A model generated the notes under the pieces. That model was given only the letters and a program-made list of their open reading frames with translations. It did not search any database and had not been told where the DNA came from. DNA of 64,000 nucleotides. Origin: Guillardia theta CCMP2712. Lineage: Eukaryota; Protista; Cryptophyta. Of the stretch, positions 40,201 through 51,372 are shown in pieces. The first letter of the stretch is position 1; every line of letters starts with the position of its first letter. The stretch is from positions 273,009-337,008 of the forward strand of contig NW_005434596.1 in the NCBI RefSeq assembly GCF_000315625.1. Direction: 5' to 3'. A program made the position numbers and the translations under genes.

Positions 40201-41376
40201 CTCTCCTGCCCAAGACCGCCCGCCCCCTCCCCCTCCCCCTCCCCCTCCCTTCCCGCCCTTCCTTCTGGCTCCCTCCTCCTCCTTCCTCTCCTCGTCGCGC
40301 TCTCTCTCTCTCTCTGCTTCCTCCATTCTTCGTGTTTTTACTGCAGCTGAGCAAGACAAACAGGTTCTGGGAGTGGCTCAGCCTTTGTATCCTGATATCT
40401 CAGCTCTAACCCGAGCCCTCCTCCTCATCTACGTAACGTAAGATCCTCCTCCTCCTCCTTGTCAAGAGCCTCCGTCCCCATCAATCAGTCCCTTGCTCTT
40501 CCCTCTCCTTCTCTCTCCTCCTTCTCTTCCTCCTCAGCTGACAGGCGGGGTAGGTGCGTGAACATCGGGCTGTTGAACATCCTCATCGCCCAGCTGACGA
40601 TCACCTACGACAAGCTCACCGCCGACAAGGAAGCCTTCGCCATGAAGCACAGGTGAATCAGGATGAGGGGAGGAGGAGAGAATTGAAACAGGCTGGGAGA
40701 AAGAATTGGAGAAATGGAAAGAAAGCTGAGGAGGAGGCAAGGGAGAGGAGAGGGGGGGAGTTGAGTACTGAAGTGAAGAATTTGAGAAGAGAAAAGGATG
40801 GGTGGGTGACGTTGAATGGCAGAGCAAGCATGTGCCTGGACATTGAGTGCTTCATCCCCTTGTCCTGGAAACGGTAGCTTCTCCTCTCCATCCCTCCTAC
40901 CCCTCCCCCTCCTCCTCCTCCTCCTCCTCCTCCTCCTCCTCCTCCCTCGATTATCTACGACTTACTCTTCCCTTCACAGGAAAATCTTCTGTGACCTTGG
41001 CTTTCATCTTCCTCTTAACTTCACAGCGAGCGACGTCGGTCCTGCAGGAGGAATTCAGGTCACTACCGTCCTCTGCCTCCCCGCTCGCTTGTTCACATCC
41101 TCTCACCTCCTTCTCTCCGCTTGCCTGCTCAACCACACGCCCTCCTCCCCTGCCGCCCCTCCCCCCTCCTCCCGCCTCCCGCCTCCCGCCTCCCGCCTCC
41201 CTCCTCTCTCCCTCCTCTCTCCTCCCTCCCTCCTCCCTCCTCCTTTACTCACTCACTTCTGATTATTTGGCGTGCAGGAGATCGAGAAGGACACCTGCGA
41301 GCGCTACGTCCCGGATCGCATCATGCGCTTCACAGGCGATGCGTCGCCGGAGGATCCCTGGCCGGAGGTCCAGTAG
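34203..41376 (+). CDS. Cytochrome b5 - 4x globin - ankyrin-like - TRP-like cation channel fusion protein
   Basis: Cyt b5 (VFDVSSFLHKHPGG...FFRNHS); globins with SW/F8-His motifs (LAPMH, LGLRH, LTLRH) plus one degenerate copy; ankyrin-like GNAITHAL and SPLYWAL; pre-S1 FKHPVVHKTLDLKW; TM exons; S6 NIGLLNILIAQL; TRP-helix-like KHRASMCLDIE; stop TAG 41374-41376. First intron 36492-36544 is phase 0 and keeps the frame. Confidence 0.85.
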
Positions 41377-41633
41377 AAGGAGGAGGCACGAAAGTTCAAA
41401 CTCATGTGTATAAATTGTGTTGTACTTCTAGGAATCCCTCACCCTCCCTCTTCCCTTTCCCCTCTTCCCTTCTCCCTCTCCCATGCTCTTTTTTCGCTGC
41501 TCCTGCCACCCAACAATTCCTTCCTTCCTCCTCCTCCTCCTCCTCCTCCTCCTCCTCCTCCTCCTCGTCAACCACCACCAGCATCATTCGGCTTGCTAGA
41601 AGAGGGTGTAAGAGTACTCCATTTATTGCATGC

Positions 41634-41733
41634 NNNNNNNNNNNNNNNNNNNNNNNNNNNNNNNNNNNNNNNNNNNNNNNNNNNNNNNNNNNNNNNNNNN
41701 NNNNNNNNNNNNNNNNNNNNNNNNNNNNNNNNN
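41634..41733. other. Assembly gap (100 N)
   Basis: Run of N. Confidence 1.
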
Positions 41734-41838
41734 TCCTTCCTCCTTCCTCCCTCCTCCTCCTCCTCCTCCTCCTTCCTACCTCCTTCCTCCCTCCTCCCTC
41801 CTCCTCATCCTTCCTCCTCCTTGACTCTCCTCCATCAC

Positions 41839-44813
41839 CTGAGAGCTCCCGCAGTGTCAATGAGATTCTTCTCCCTTTCACGTCCTCTCTCCTGTACCGC
41901 GTTGTCAGCCTCCTCTCCTCCTCCTCCTCCTCCTCCTCCTCCCTCCTGCTCCCTCCTGCTCCCTCCTGCTCCCTCCTGCTCCCTCCTCTCCCCTCCTCTC
42001 CCCTCACCGGATCGAATGCATCCACCATCTCCTCGCCGGGCCCTGCATGACGAGCATCGACCTCCGAGGCAGCCGCACCCTCACCTCATGCTCCCCCCTG
42101 CCATGCGTGAGGAGAAAGGATGAAGAATCCCATCACCACTCAGTAGGTAAAGGCAATGAGGGAGAGGGAAGAAGAGGAGGAGAAAGAGGAGTGAAACGAC
42201 GGCAGCACTGACGGCAGCAGCAACAGGAGGAAGAGGAGGAGGAGGAGGAGGAGGAGGAGGAGGAGGAGCAGCAGCAGCAGCAGCAGCACCTAATGAAGCT
42301 CATGTGGCAGTCGGAGAGCAGGCTGCAGATGACGATTCTCTCCCCCCACACCCTGACCGTCGTCAGCTCGTTTCCAACGACCCTCAGCTACCAGGAGTCA
42401 TCGATGTGCGGCGCTATGCATGACCCTCGGAGCGGCTGCAGCTAAGTGGTGAGTAGAGTGCTGCAAAAAAGCAGAGGAGGAGGACGAGGACGAGGACGAG
42501 GAGGACAAGGAGGACAAGGAGGACAAGGACGACGACAAGGACAAGGACAAGGACAAGGACAAGGACAAGGAGGAGAAGGAGGACGAGGACGAGGAGGACG
42601 AGGAGGACGAGGCAAGGCGACGTCACCTCATACTCCAACAGCCCGAGCTCAACCGCTTCGAAGTCAGAAAGGAGCGAGGAGGAGGAAGAGCACTGCAGGA
42701 AATCATCAAGAGAGGAGAAAGGGAGGTCGCCGGGAAAGTGATCACAAGACTGAAAGGAAAGGAGGGAGGAGGGAGGAGGGCAGAAAGAAGAGGGAGGAGG
42801 CAAGGAGAGGAGCAAGAAGGTAGAGGGAGTGGGGGAGTGGGGAAGAGAGGGAGGGGGGAAAGGGAGAGAGGACAGGAAAGGGCACAAAGGACGGACGGAA
42901 CAAGGTAGCAGACCAGCTGAAGAAACTCCTGGGACCAGGACGGGAAAATTGTACCCGAGGGGTCGATCTTTACTTCCTGTAAGTCAGAGGAGTGAAGAGA
43001 GAGGAGAGGAGAGGGTGAGAAGTGGAAAAAGGAGAGGAGAGAGGAGAGAGGACGTGGTGAGAAAGAAGAAGGGAGAGAAGAGAAGATGTTGGGAGAGGAA
43101 AGTCAGAATTTAAGGCAGCAGTAGTGCTGGCAGTTAACAAAGTGGGAAGGGAAATTTCCTTCACCTCCTTTTTAAAATTCACTTTGGGTCCGAACTCCTG
43201 CAAACAGATTCTCAAGGGAATTTCTCTTACAAGGCTCAACAACCTGCTTCCTCCTCCCCGACTGCGATAAGATCCACAGTCTATCATCCTGCATGGAAGA
43301 TTCAGGTGTGCAAAACTGTATGTACTCCTCTCCCCTCCCCTCCGACTCTCCCTTCCTCCTCGCGCCTCCCCTCGCGCCCTGCTCCTCCCCCCCTCCTTTC
43401 CTGAATCCTGTCCTGTCCTATCCCCTCCCTTCCACTGTCTTCTCTGCTCTCCCCTCCTCTCCCCTCCTCTCCCCTCCTCTCCCCTCCTCTACCCACTCTT
43501 TTCCTCTCACTCTGCTCCATCCCCCTCTTCTTCCTTGATCTTCTCCCCTCCTCTCCCCTCCTCTGCTTACCCTGTCCATTTCCCTGACCCAGCACCCTTC
43601 CACCTCCTCTGTGATAAACTCTTCCACCACCGTTACTCCCTGAAAGCTGCATCCCATCTGCCACAAGACTTTCAAACGTCTCCCTCCTTTCCTCCAGCCC
43701 TCTCCTCGACGTCCACCCAGTTCGCTTCTTCAAGACCAAAGTCGTCACCATCCTCAGGAGAGCTCATTTTCATTCTCACCTACAACCACGCTCCTCCTGC
43801 TCTCCTTCACCCCCTCCAAACCTTCATCCGCGTCACCGTCACTATACGCATCTCCTCTGTCCATACAGAAAGTCCCCCGGCACGTCCCAGTCTCTTGCGT
43901 GTACCAGCTCACATGACCTAGCGTATGATTGTTCCGCCCGTTCAAAACTCTCTGCCCATCAGCACAGTGACGTGCTCGTCAACTCCAGCACAATCCCACC
44001 TGCCGTACGCACGAATGACCCGCCAGCTCCCACGGTAGAACGCACACGTTGCAGCCGTTGCAGAACTGCAACTGGCGGAAATTTTCCATCCCGCCGGCCC
44101 ACTGGGACTTTGAATGAGGAGGACAAGCGTCTGCGGGTAGAAAAACCTTTTTGGTGATCGTCGAGATCTCGCTGGACCCTCCGTCCACCTGCTCTAGGTC
44201 AGCTCCTCCTGCTCCCCTTCTACTTCGCCCTCCTGTCACGTCTCCTTCTCCTTCTCCTCCTCCTCCTCCTGCTCCTTCTGCTCCTGCTCCTTCTCCTGCT
44301 CCTTCTCCTTCTCCTTCCATCTCCCCCACCCTCTCCCTTTCAATCCTCATCCTGCTCCGTTTTCTCCAATCCGCTCTCTGCTTCCTTTCTTTACCCGACC
44401 CCCCAACCCACCCCTTTCTCCCTCCCTCCCTCCTCCTGCTCCCCTCCTGATCTTCCTCTTGCTGCTTCTCCTCCTCTCACTTCTCTCCCTCTTGTCTTCC
44501 TCTCTCCATCTTCCTCACCTTTCTCCCCCAGTGGAGCTCACAGGACAAGCATGTTCGGAGTCCAGTGCACGCACAGACTTTAGTGAAGCCTCCTGCTCGC
44601 GCCGGCCTGACGCAGCCTTGCAAGAGATTGACTCAGCAGAAATGCGGGGGGAGGGGAGGAGGAGGCAGAGGACAGGATGGTAGAGAACAGCAGGAGGAGC
44701 AGACCATGTGCAAGTCCTCCCGTCGGGCTCTGCTTGCAGCCAGCCATGGAAAGCAGGCAATGGAGGACGAGAACTTGCAGGAGCATGCGGAAGGAAATAG
44801 CTCGGAGACTCAT
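41839..44813 (-). CDS. ALKBH4: AlkB-family 2OG-Fe(II) dioxygenase ALKBH4 (3' end probably in or near the gap)
   Basis: CACTGLRTCLSCE (N-terminal Cys cluster), SQSGRRKQ-EFGPKVNFKK, RGSCIAPHIDDSW-VWGERIV (HxD), LPRRSMLVMQGPARRWWMHSI (second His), RRISLTLREL. Confidence 0.9.
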
Positions 44814-45559
44814 ACGTCTTTGATCATGTTGACGTCACCGCTGATCAAGGACGTCATAACAACAGCGCCGGCCTCACATCTCCTCTCTTTCCATCCCATC
44901 CGAGTGCGTCAGATCTGCAATACGACCTTCTCCTCCTCCTCTCCGTCTGGTCTACTTCCAACCAGCTCTACTTGACCTCCTCCTCGCTCCTTCCCACCGC
45001 TCTGTCATGCCCTGCCCTGCAATGCCCTGCAATGCCATGCCATGATCTCCTCTGCTCTGCTCTCCTCTCCGTCGCTTCGCTCTTCTCGCCTCTCCTCCCT
45101 CCCTTCTCCGCCCCATCTGCCAGACTCTTCTTGCCTAGATCTGCAGTCTTATCTCAACTCAAGAAGAGGGTGGATACCCCCACCCCTTTAATAGTTGAAA
45201 TCAATATTGTACTTGACTCTGATAACCCCTAATTAAAATACCCCCACCCCCCTGATTTGCTGATGATATGCGCCCCATGATGACTGGTTGCGAAAATGCG
45301 TATGACACAATTGGGGGGCGCGACGGCGAGGAGAAGCCATGGAGAGACAAGGAGGGATGGGGGAGGGGGGGAGAGGTCAGGAGGAGGAGCAGGAGGAGCA
45401 GGGAAGGCAACGGATGATATACAGCATGTGCAACAATGTTACATTCCCTACACTCACCACAGACAACAAAAACAAGTCATTTCACCGTCAACAACAACAT
45501 CTCCGCACCCTCCCTCGTTCCTACTGCCACTGACGTCCGCACCCCTGCGCAGACAAGCA

Positions 45560-46673
45560 ATGAACGTATCCTCCATGGAACCAGGGAGCAGGAGCGACCT
45601 GCTGCAGCGCATTTCCACATTCTTCCAATCCTTCTCCTCCTGTGCCGTCGAGCTTTCGAGCGTTAACAGGTCCACTTGCGCGCAAGCGTGCCGCGGTCAG
45701 CTGCGAGTATACGAAGACGGAGGAAAGGTGCATCACAAGTGTCTGTTGCTCATGCTGCTGCTTCCCTGCCCCTCCTTCGCTGCCCCTCCTTCGCTGCCCC
45801 TCCTTCGCTCCTCCTCATGCTTCGCCGCAGGTTTACGCTGTCAAGGAGAGCGATGACCTAAAGTGCACTCTCAAGGGGCAGAAGCCCCTGGCCCTCCTTC
45901 ACCGTGAGTTTGCTCCATCCTCTGACGCACTTGCTCACACTAATCTCTCCTTTTCTCCTCCTCTCCCCTGCTTCTCCTCCTTTCAGGGCTCGACTCCTCC
46001 TCCAAGGTCGGTTGCTGCTGCTTGAAGCTGTGCATTGAGGATACGTTTTCATGCAGCACCTGGTCGAAATCTGCCATGCCCGCACCCTGCAGGAGGGAGA
46101 GAAGTCGAACAGAGCGTCGGGCCCAACGCTTGTGTACATGCCGGAGAATCAAGAACGGGCGCAGGTTCCCTCCCCTCCCCTCTCGTCCTCCGCCTCTCCT
46201 CCTGCCCACTAGGCTCCTGCCATGCTCTCTCCTTCCCGTTGCTGAACCCTCCTTGCCCCTGCAGGCAGCAGCGACGGCGCTGAGGCTCATCGGAGCATGG
46301 AAGGAGGGAGAGGAGGGTGTCCAGGGAGGGAGGAAGAACCAGTTCTTCACGCGATCCACATCCATACGCCGAACAGCAGCAACGACGGAGATGTCGGAGA
46401 ACCATGGGCATATCATGCTGGGGGCGCTTCTCGGGTAGGAGGACAGCACTCAGTCCGTGATGCTGACGTGCAGCCAGGTATCCTGTCGAGGACCTGTTCG
46501 AGATGTACAAGTTTGTAGCGTGCAGCGAGTCGGACGAGCGACGCTGCAAGAGGTTTTTCCTTCGAGACTTCGTTGTGCGTCTTCCGTCGACCCGCTCCCT
46601 GCTGCTGCTCGCTGACTGGACCGTGCAGGAGGTGTCGAGGTTCCTCGTCGAGCAGCATCGCGTTCAACTCTGA
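45560..46673 (+). CDS. Hypothetical protein (multi-exon) with a HIMLGALLGYPVEDL motif
   Basis: Spliceable exons MNVSSMEPGSRSDLLQRISTFF..., HLVEICHART..., GHIMLGALLG|YPVEDLFEMYKF. Confidence 0.5.
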
Positions 46674-47000
46674 ACGTCAAAGTTCGGTTGACCTGCCCGT
46701 TATGTCAAGTAGGTGTGAGAGGACACACGGCTGAATAAGGTGTGCGAGAAGAGAGGAGAAGAAGTTTGAAAATGAATGAAGAGGAGCAAGAGGAGGTCAT
46801 GGTGGTGGATGGATGCAGGCAGTGAGGAGCAGAAGGACGGGTCGAGAGGAGTTGAAGGAGGAGGGAAGCGAGAAGGGAGGGAGGGAGGGAGGGAGAAAGA
46901 GAGAGAGAGGGAAGGAAGGAGGGGGAGGTGAAGGAGGGAGAGAGGAAAAGAGGAAGGGGGAGAGGGAGGGTGAGGGAGGGAGAAAGGGAAGGGGTCGAAC

Positions 47001-49759
47001 TCACTGTTGCTGGCACTCTTCCGGTAGCCAGTTCGCATACTCGGCCCTCCTAACGACAAACTCTGGGAGCCCGTGACACGTCGGGTTGTGGAAGAGCAAC
47101 CCGAAGCGAACTTCTCCCTTCCCTGAATGGCGGGAGAGTGAGAGGAGAGGCGATGAGAGAAGCAGGGGGGAGAGGAGAGGAGCGGTGGGGAGAAACGGAG
47201 CAAGCACCATGGGCATAGAAGTAGTCAGTCCCATTGGCTATGGCCTGCGCTAACGGTAAGACGGAGGTGAAAAAACTGAATGAAGGGAGGCGGAATGATG
47301 ATATGAAGGGAGAGAAGCTGGGGAAGAGGGGGGGTAGGGGTCACCTGCGTTATCGCTTCCTTGTCTAGCATGTCCTGCCGGTTAAATTCCTTTGCTTGCT
47401 GTGAGATAGCGAGAAAGACGAAGGAGCACGAGCACGAGCACGAGCACAAGCACAAGCACAAGCACAAGCACGAGCAGGCAGGGAGGCACCTGATGCGCGT
47501 AGGCCCTGATCTTCTCCATGATCCTCTCAGGGTCTGCAAAGAAGGACATGTGCCACCTGCTTCGCAGTTGAGAGGAGGAGGATAGAGGAAGGGAACAGGG
47601 GGAGGGGGGAAGAAGGGAGGGAAGGCGAGGGTGACGGGAGGCAGGGAGGCAGGGAGGAGGCAGGAGCAGAGCAGTGTCACCCGGCATCGTCGAGACGGAG
47701 GAAGGAGGGGCGCGTCCTGGACATGCGGAGGGTCTGAGGAGAGTTCCTTGTGATCCAGTCGTAGGTGGAGGCCTAAGGGGAAGGTGAGAGACAAGGGAAA
47801 CGGACGGACAGCCGGCAGGGAAAAACGAGGGGAAGAGGACGAGGACGGGGACAAGGAAAGGGGGGGGACGGGGAAAGTTAAGGGGAGGAGGAGGAGCACC
47901 TGTGGATGGAACCACATGGCCTCAAACTGCCAAGTGAACTTGAAGTTGTAGAATCTCGTGAAAAAATGAATCTGCGGCAGAATGAGTCACCAAGAGAAGC
48001 AAACGTCCTCTTGTGCCGTCGCCATTCCCATCCCCCTTCCCATTCTCCTCCTTTCTTCTCCTCTTTTTCCCTTTCTTCTCCTCTCTTCTCCTCTTTTTCC
48101 CTCTCTTGTCCTCTCTTGTCCTCTCTCCTCCTCTCTGCTCCTCTCCCCTCTCCTCTCCCCTCTCCCCTCCCCTCTCCCCTCTCTCTCCTCTCCTCTCTCC
48201 TCTCTCCTCTCTCCTCCTCTTCAGCGCCTCACCGGCCCACTCTGGTCCCATCCCTCACACTCTTTGAGGATACGGATCTGCGATCACTGCCTCACTCGTC
48301 GGATAGTGCAAGAGGATGCGATCACAGCGTGCGGCGTGGGGATTTCATCAACGTCACTGACGATGACGAGGTCTTGTGGAGATGCTGATGCTGAGGAGAA
48401 CCGAAAGAAGGAATATCAACCAGGACGCAGCACATTCCAATGGACAAGGAGGAGGGGAATCGGGAGGAGAGGGGGAAGGGAGGAGGAGGAAGAGGAGGAA
48501 GAGGGGGAGTAAGGAGCAGCAGATGGGAAGAGGAAGCGGGGGAGATATGACAGGTCGAAGTAGAATAGAGAGAATGAAGATTAGACACAATCAACTTTGT
48601 GATCGTGAGATCATCGGAGTATCGAACAAGAACAATCTTACACCATGACATGTATACATAGTGGAGCATTCAACACGTGTCAGGTGCTCCTGTTCTCACC
48701 GAGCCCTCTTGTGATCGCGTTCCTTTGAAAATGCTCCAACAACCACGAATCTTCACTATCTGGCAGGTCATTAACTACAACCTGACATAGAAAGCCACAA
48801 CGTCAATGGTGCAGAAAACTGTTTGACACAAAAATCACATGGACTATCTGGGAAGAAAACTCATCGAAGATGTGTTTCTGTTCGTCAAAGAACAATCTCT
48901 TTGGCCTATTCTTGACATCTTCAGCGTGTCTTGATCATTGGAAGCGCAATCTTCACTTGTTCGAGTGAGTTCGTGTCGCTTCGACCAGAACAAACTTGTG
49001 CACAACGTCTCGCAGCGTATTGAGCCGAACCTACAGAAGGGGTGATCCCGAAAAACATCTCCTCCCTCCTCCCCCTCCCTCCTCCCTCCTCCCTCCTCCC
49101 TCCAGACTCCTCTCCATCTCATCCCTCCTCCTTATTCTCTCCTCCGTCCTCCCTCCGTTCTATCGCTTCCCTCCTCCGTCCTCCCCTTCCCTCCTACCAC
49201 CTTGAGAATCTCGACCTCATTGAAGAACGTGAACGCCTGTACAAGTCATTCTCACCGTCAGCACGAAAAACCCGTTCATTGCCTCCTCTCACATCCCACA
49301 CTCGGACCGCAGCATCCCGCTCTTCCAGCCCCAGCACCTGTCAAGCGGATCGGGACGATGGTGATTCACAGGAGCGCAAAATCCTCCACCTTACACGTGT
49401 CGTCCTCCGCCACCTGCATGCCAGTCAGTGCGGGAGGAGAGAAGTGCAGCCTCTGCGCTCACATGGTGCATTGGAAACCTTCCGTTCCAGTCAGAAGACT
49501 GTATCTCCTCTTCCGTCCCTTCCGTCAACAGCACCTGACTCCATCCTTACTGGCAGACTCCCTCCCTTTTGAGAGACCTCACCGTGTGACTGTCAAGGAG
49601 AACATCGACCCCGTAGAAGATGGGGGAGCTGCACTGCTGCCCCTGCGCTGCTGTCTTGCAGGCCTCTTCTGAGACGCCTCCTCCCACCAGGAGCAGGAGG
49701 AGAAAGAGAGGGAGGATACTCGGCGCTGACCATCGGCCAGTCATACCGCTCGCCATCAT
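47001..49759 (-). CDS. Glycosyltransferase family 17 (MGAT3/GnT-III-like)
   Basis: Signal/anchor PSILPLFLLLLLV; VWD|AFTFFNEVEILK|VRLNTLRDVVHKFVLVEATRTHS; WLLEHFQRNAI; DLVIVSDVDEIP (DxD); GWHMSFF..IMEKIRAYAHQEFN. Confidence 0.88.
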
Positions 49760-50516
49760 CTCATGACAGTGACTCTAAGTACAAGGGCAGGAAGATTGCT
49801 CTAACTCAACTTAGATAGCAGCCTATCAGGCATGTATCCTGTGTATGTTCATTTCAATGTAAGGAAAGAAAACACACAAACAAGTGAAATGTGGAACGGT
49901 TGAGAAACGAGTAGACGATCACAGATATCAACAAGTTGTTGAGTGTTTGATACATGTTGTGAACATACTGATGTTTACCTCTCCTTGACGTGTCACAAAC
50001 ACGTTCCAATGCTTCATTGTTGTTCAATCCGCCATTTTTCCGTCTTGAAGAAACTGCTAGTACTAGCTAGGCCGGGAGCTGCCGTGACCCCGGGCCTCCG
50101 TCCCGGAGTCGGCGCCGGGGCGGCCGGGGCAGCCTGCCGGGCCGGCGGGCCCTGATGATGCCAGTGGGAGGCTCACTGCCTTTTCTCGAAGTTCTCCGAC
50201 GGCCGTCACTTGAACCTGTGCGACCGTGTCAGGGGCAAGCCTCACCGTACAGTCTATCTCTCATGTGCTCCTCAATCATCGAGTATGGTTTTGTGTGCAT
50301 TAAAAGGCTCGGTCTTGAGCAAAAACTGTCTCGTTACAACTCAGAAGGTTGGTATGACTCAGACGGTGTCGGCAGTGCGTGACTCGCCTTCAGACTGAGA
50401 AGTTCGTCACAGCGGCTCAGGCCTGAGTCTCATTAGCCGGGCCCTTCGGCGGCCACAGCGGCTCGGACCGGCGTCGCTGGCCGGGCATCATGGCACAGTT
50501 GCCGGGCGCGGGGCCA

Positions 50517-50550
50517 TTAGGGGTTAGGGGTTAGGGGTTAGGGTTTAGGG
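50517..50550 (+). repeat. Interstitial telomere-like repeat (TTAGGGG)3 TTAGGG TTTAGGG
   Basis: Directly visible. Confidence 0.8.
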
Positions 50551-50977
50551 TCCGGGAGTTGCCACCGCAGGTCTCCGTGGCAGTCTTTTTTCAGGCTTCT
50601 CGCCGTGTGGCGCCGTTGCGACAGTGTCAGGGTGTCAAGCCTTCTCGACTCTCCGGGGCCGCGGCTCCCCGAGCCTGATTCAACTGATCAGTTTTGAACT
50701 TAACTTGAGTGCGACTTTGCCGGAGGCTGAGTAACCGTGAGACCGGGCCTGTGTGCCAGTCACTCCGACCCGGCCGCCCATGACGTCCGACGGTGCCAGA
50801 CAGTGGGCCCGGTGGCCGGCCGGGCCGGCCGGCGGGGGCCCCGGGCCCGAGGGTCACGTTGGGAGGGGAGCGGTCGTGTCTTTGGCCCGCTCCCGTCACG
50901 TCGCAAAAGGGTCCTGTCACGCTGCAGTTAAACCCCAGTGACTCCTTTGACCACATCTTTACTACGGTCAAAAAGGT

Positions 50978-51047
50978 CACGTGGGGTGACACACTACGGT
51001 GGGCTATCTCACGTGATGGAGAATTTTGATCACGTGATGATCACGTG
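50978..51047. promoter_or_regulatory. Cluster of four CACGTG E-boxes upstream of the FN3 gene
   Basis: CACGTG at 50978, 51010, 51031 and 51042; two are full TCACGTGA palindromes. Confidence 0.5.
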
Positions 51048-51372
51048 TTCCTCGACCTGCCCTCTTGGATTTCAGGTTGCACAACCTTATTACCCTACCC
51101 ACCTTTGAACTGTACCCTACCCCTATATAAACCATGGAATATCCGTGCAGTGTACGGGTACAAAAGGGGGTTAAATAAAAAGTGTGTGGTAGGGTACTCA
51201 ATTCTGTTCCCTGCCACTGTTCCTCCTCAGATAGCAGCGGAAAAGAGGCAAAAAATCGCGATCGCGAATGCTGGCGCTAGGGACATCGGAGGCAAGTCAT
51301 CTGAAAGCAGAGCAGCTGCCCTTCCAGAATTCCCAGCGGAACAAGTTCCTGCTGTACACAATCGATCGCATC

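Noticed and set aside
41121-42123. ORFs spanning the N run
   Set aside because: Artefacts of the assembly gap and low-complexity flanks.
50517-50550. True chromosome end
   Set aside because: Only five units, with genes on both sides.
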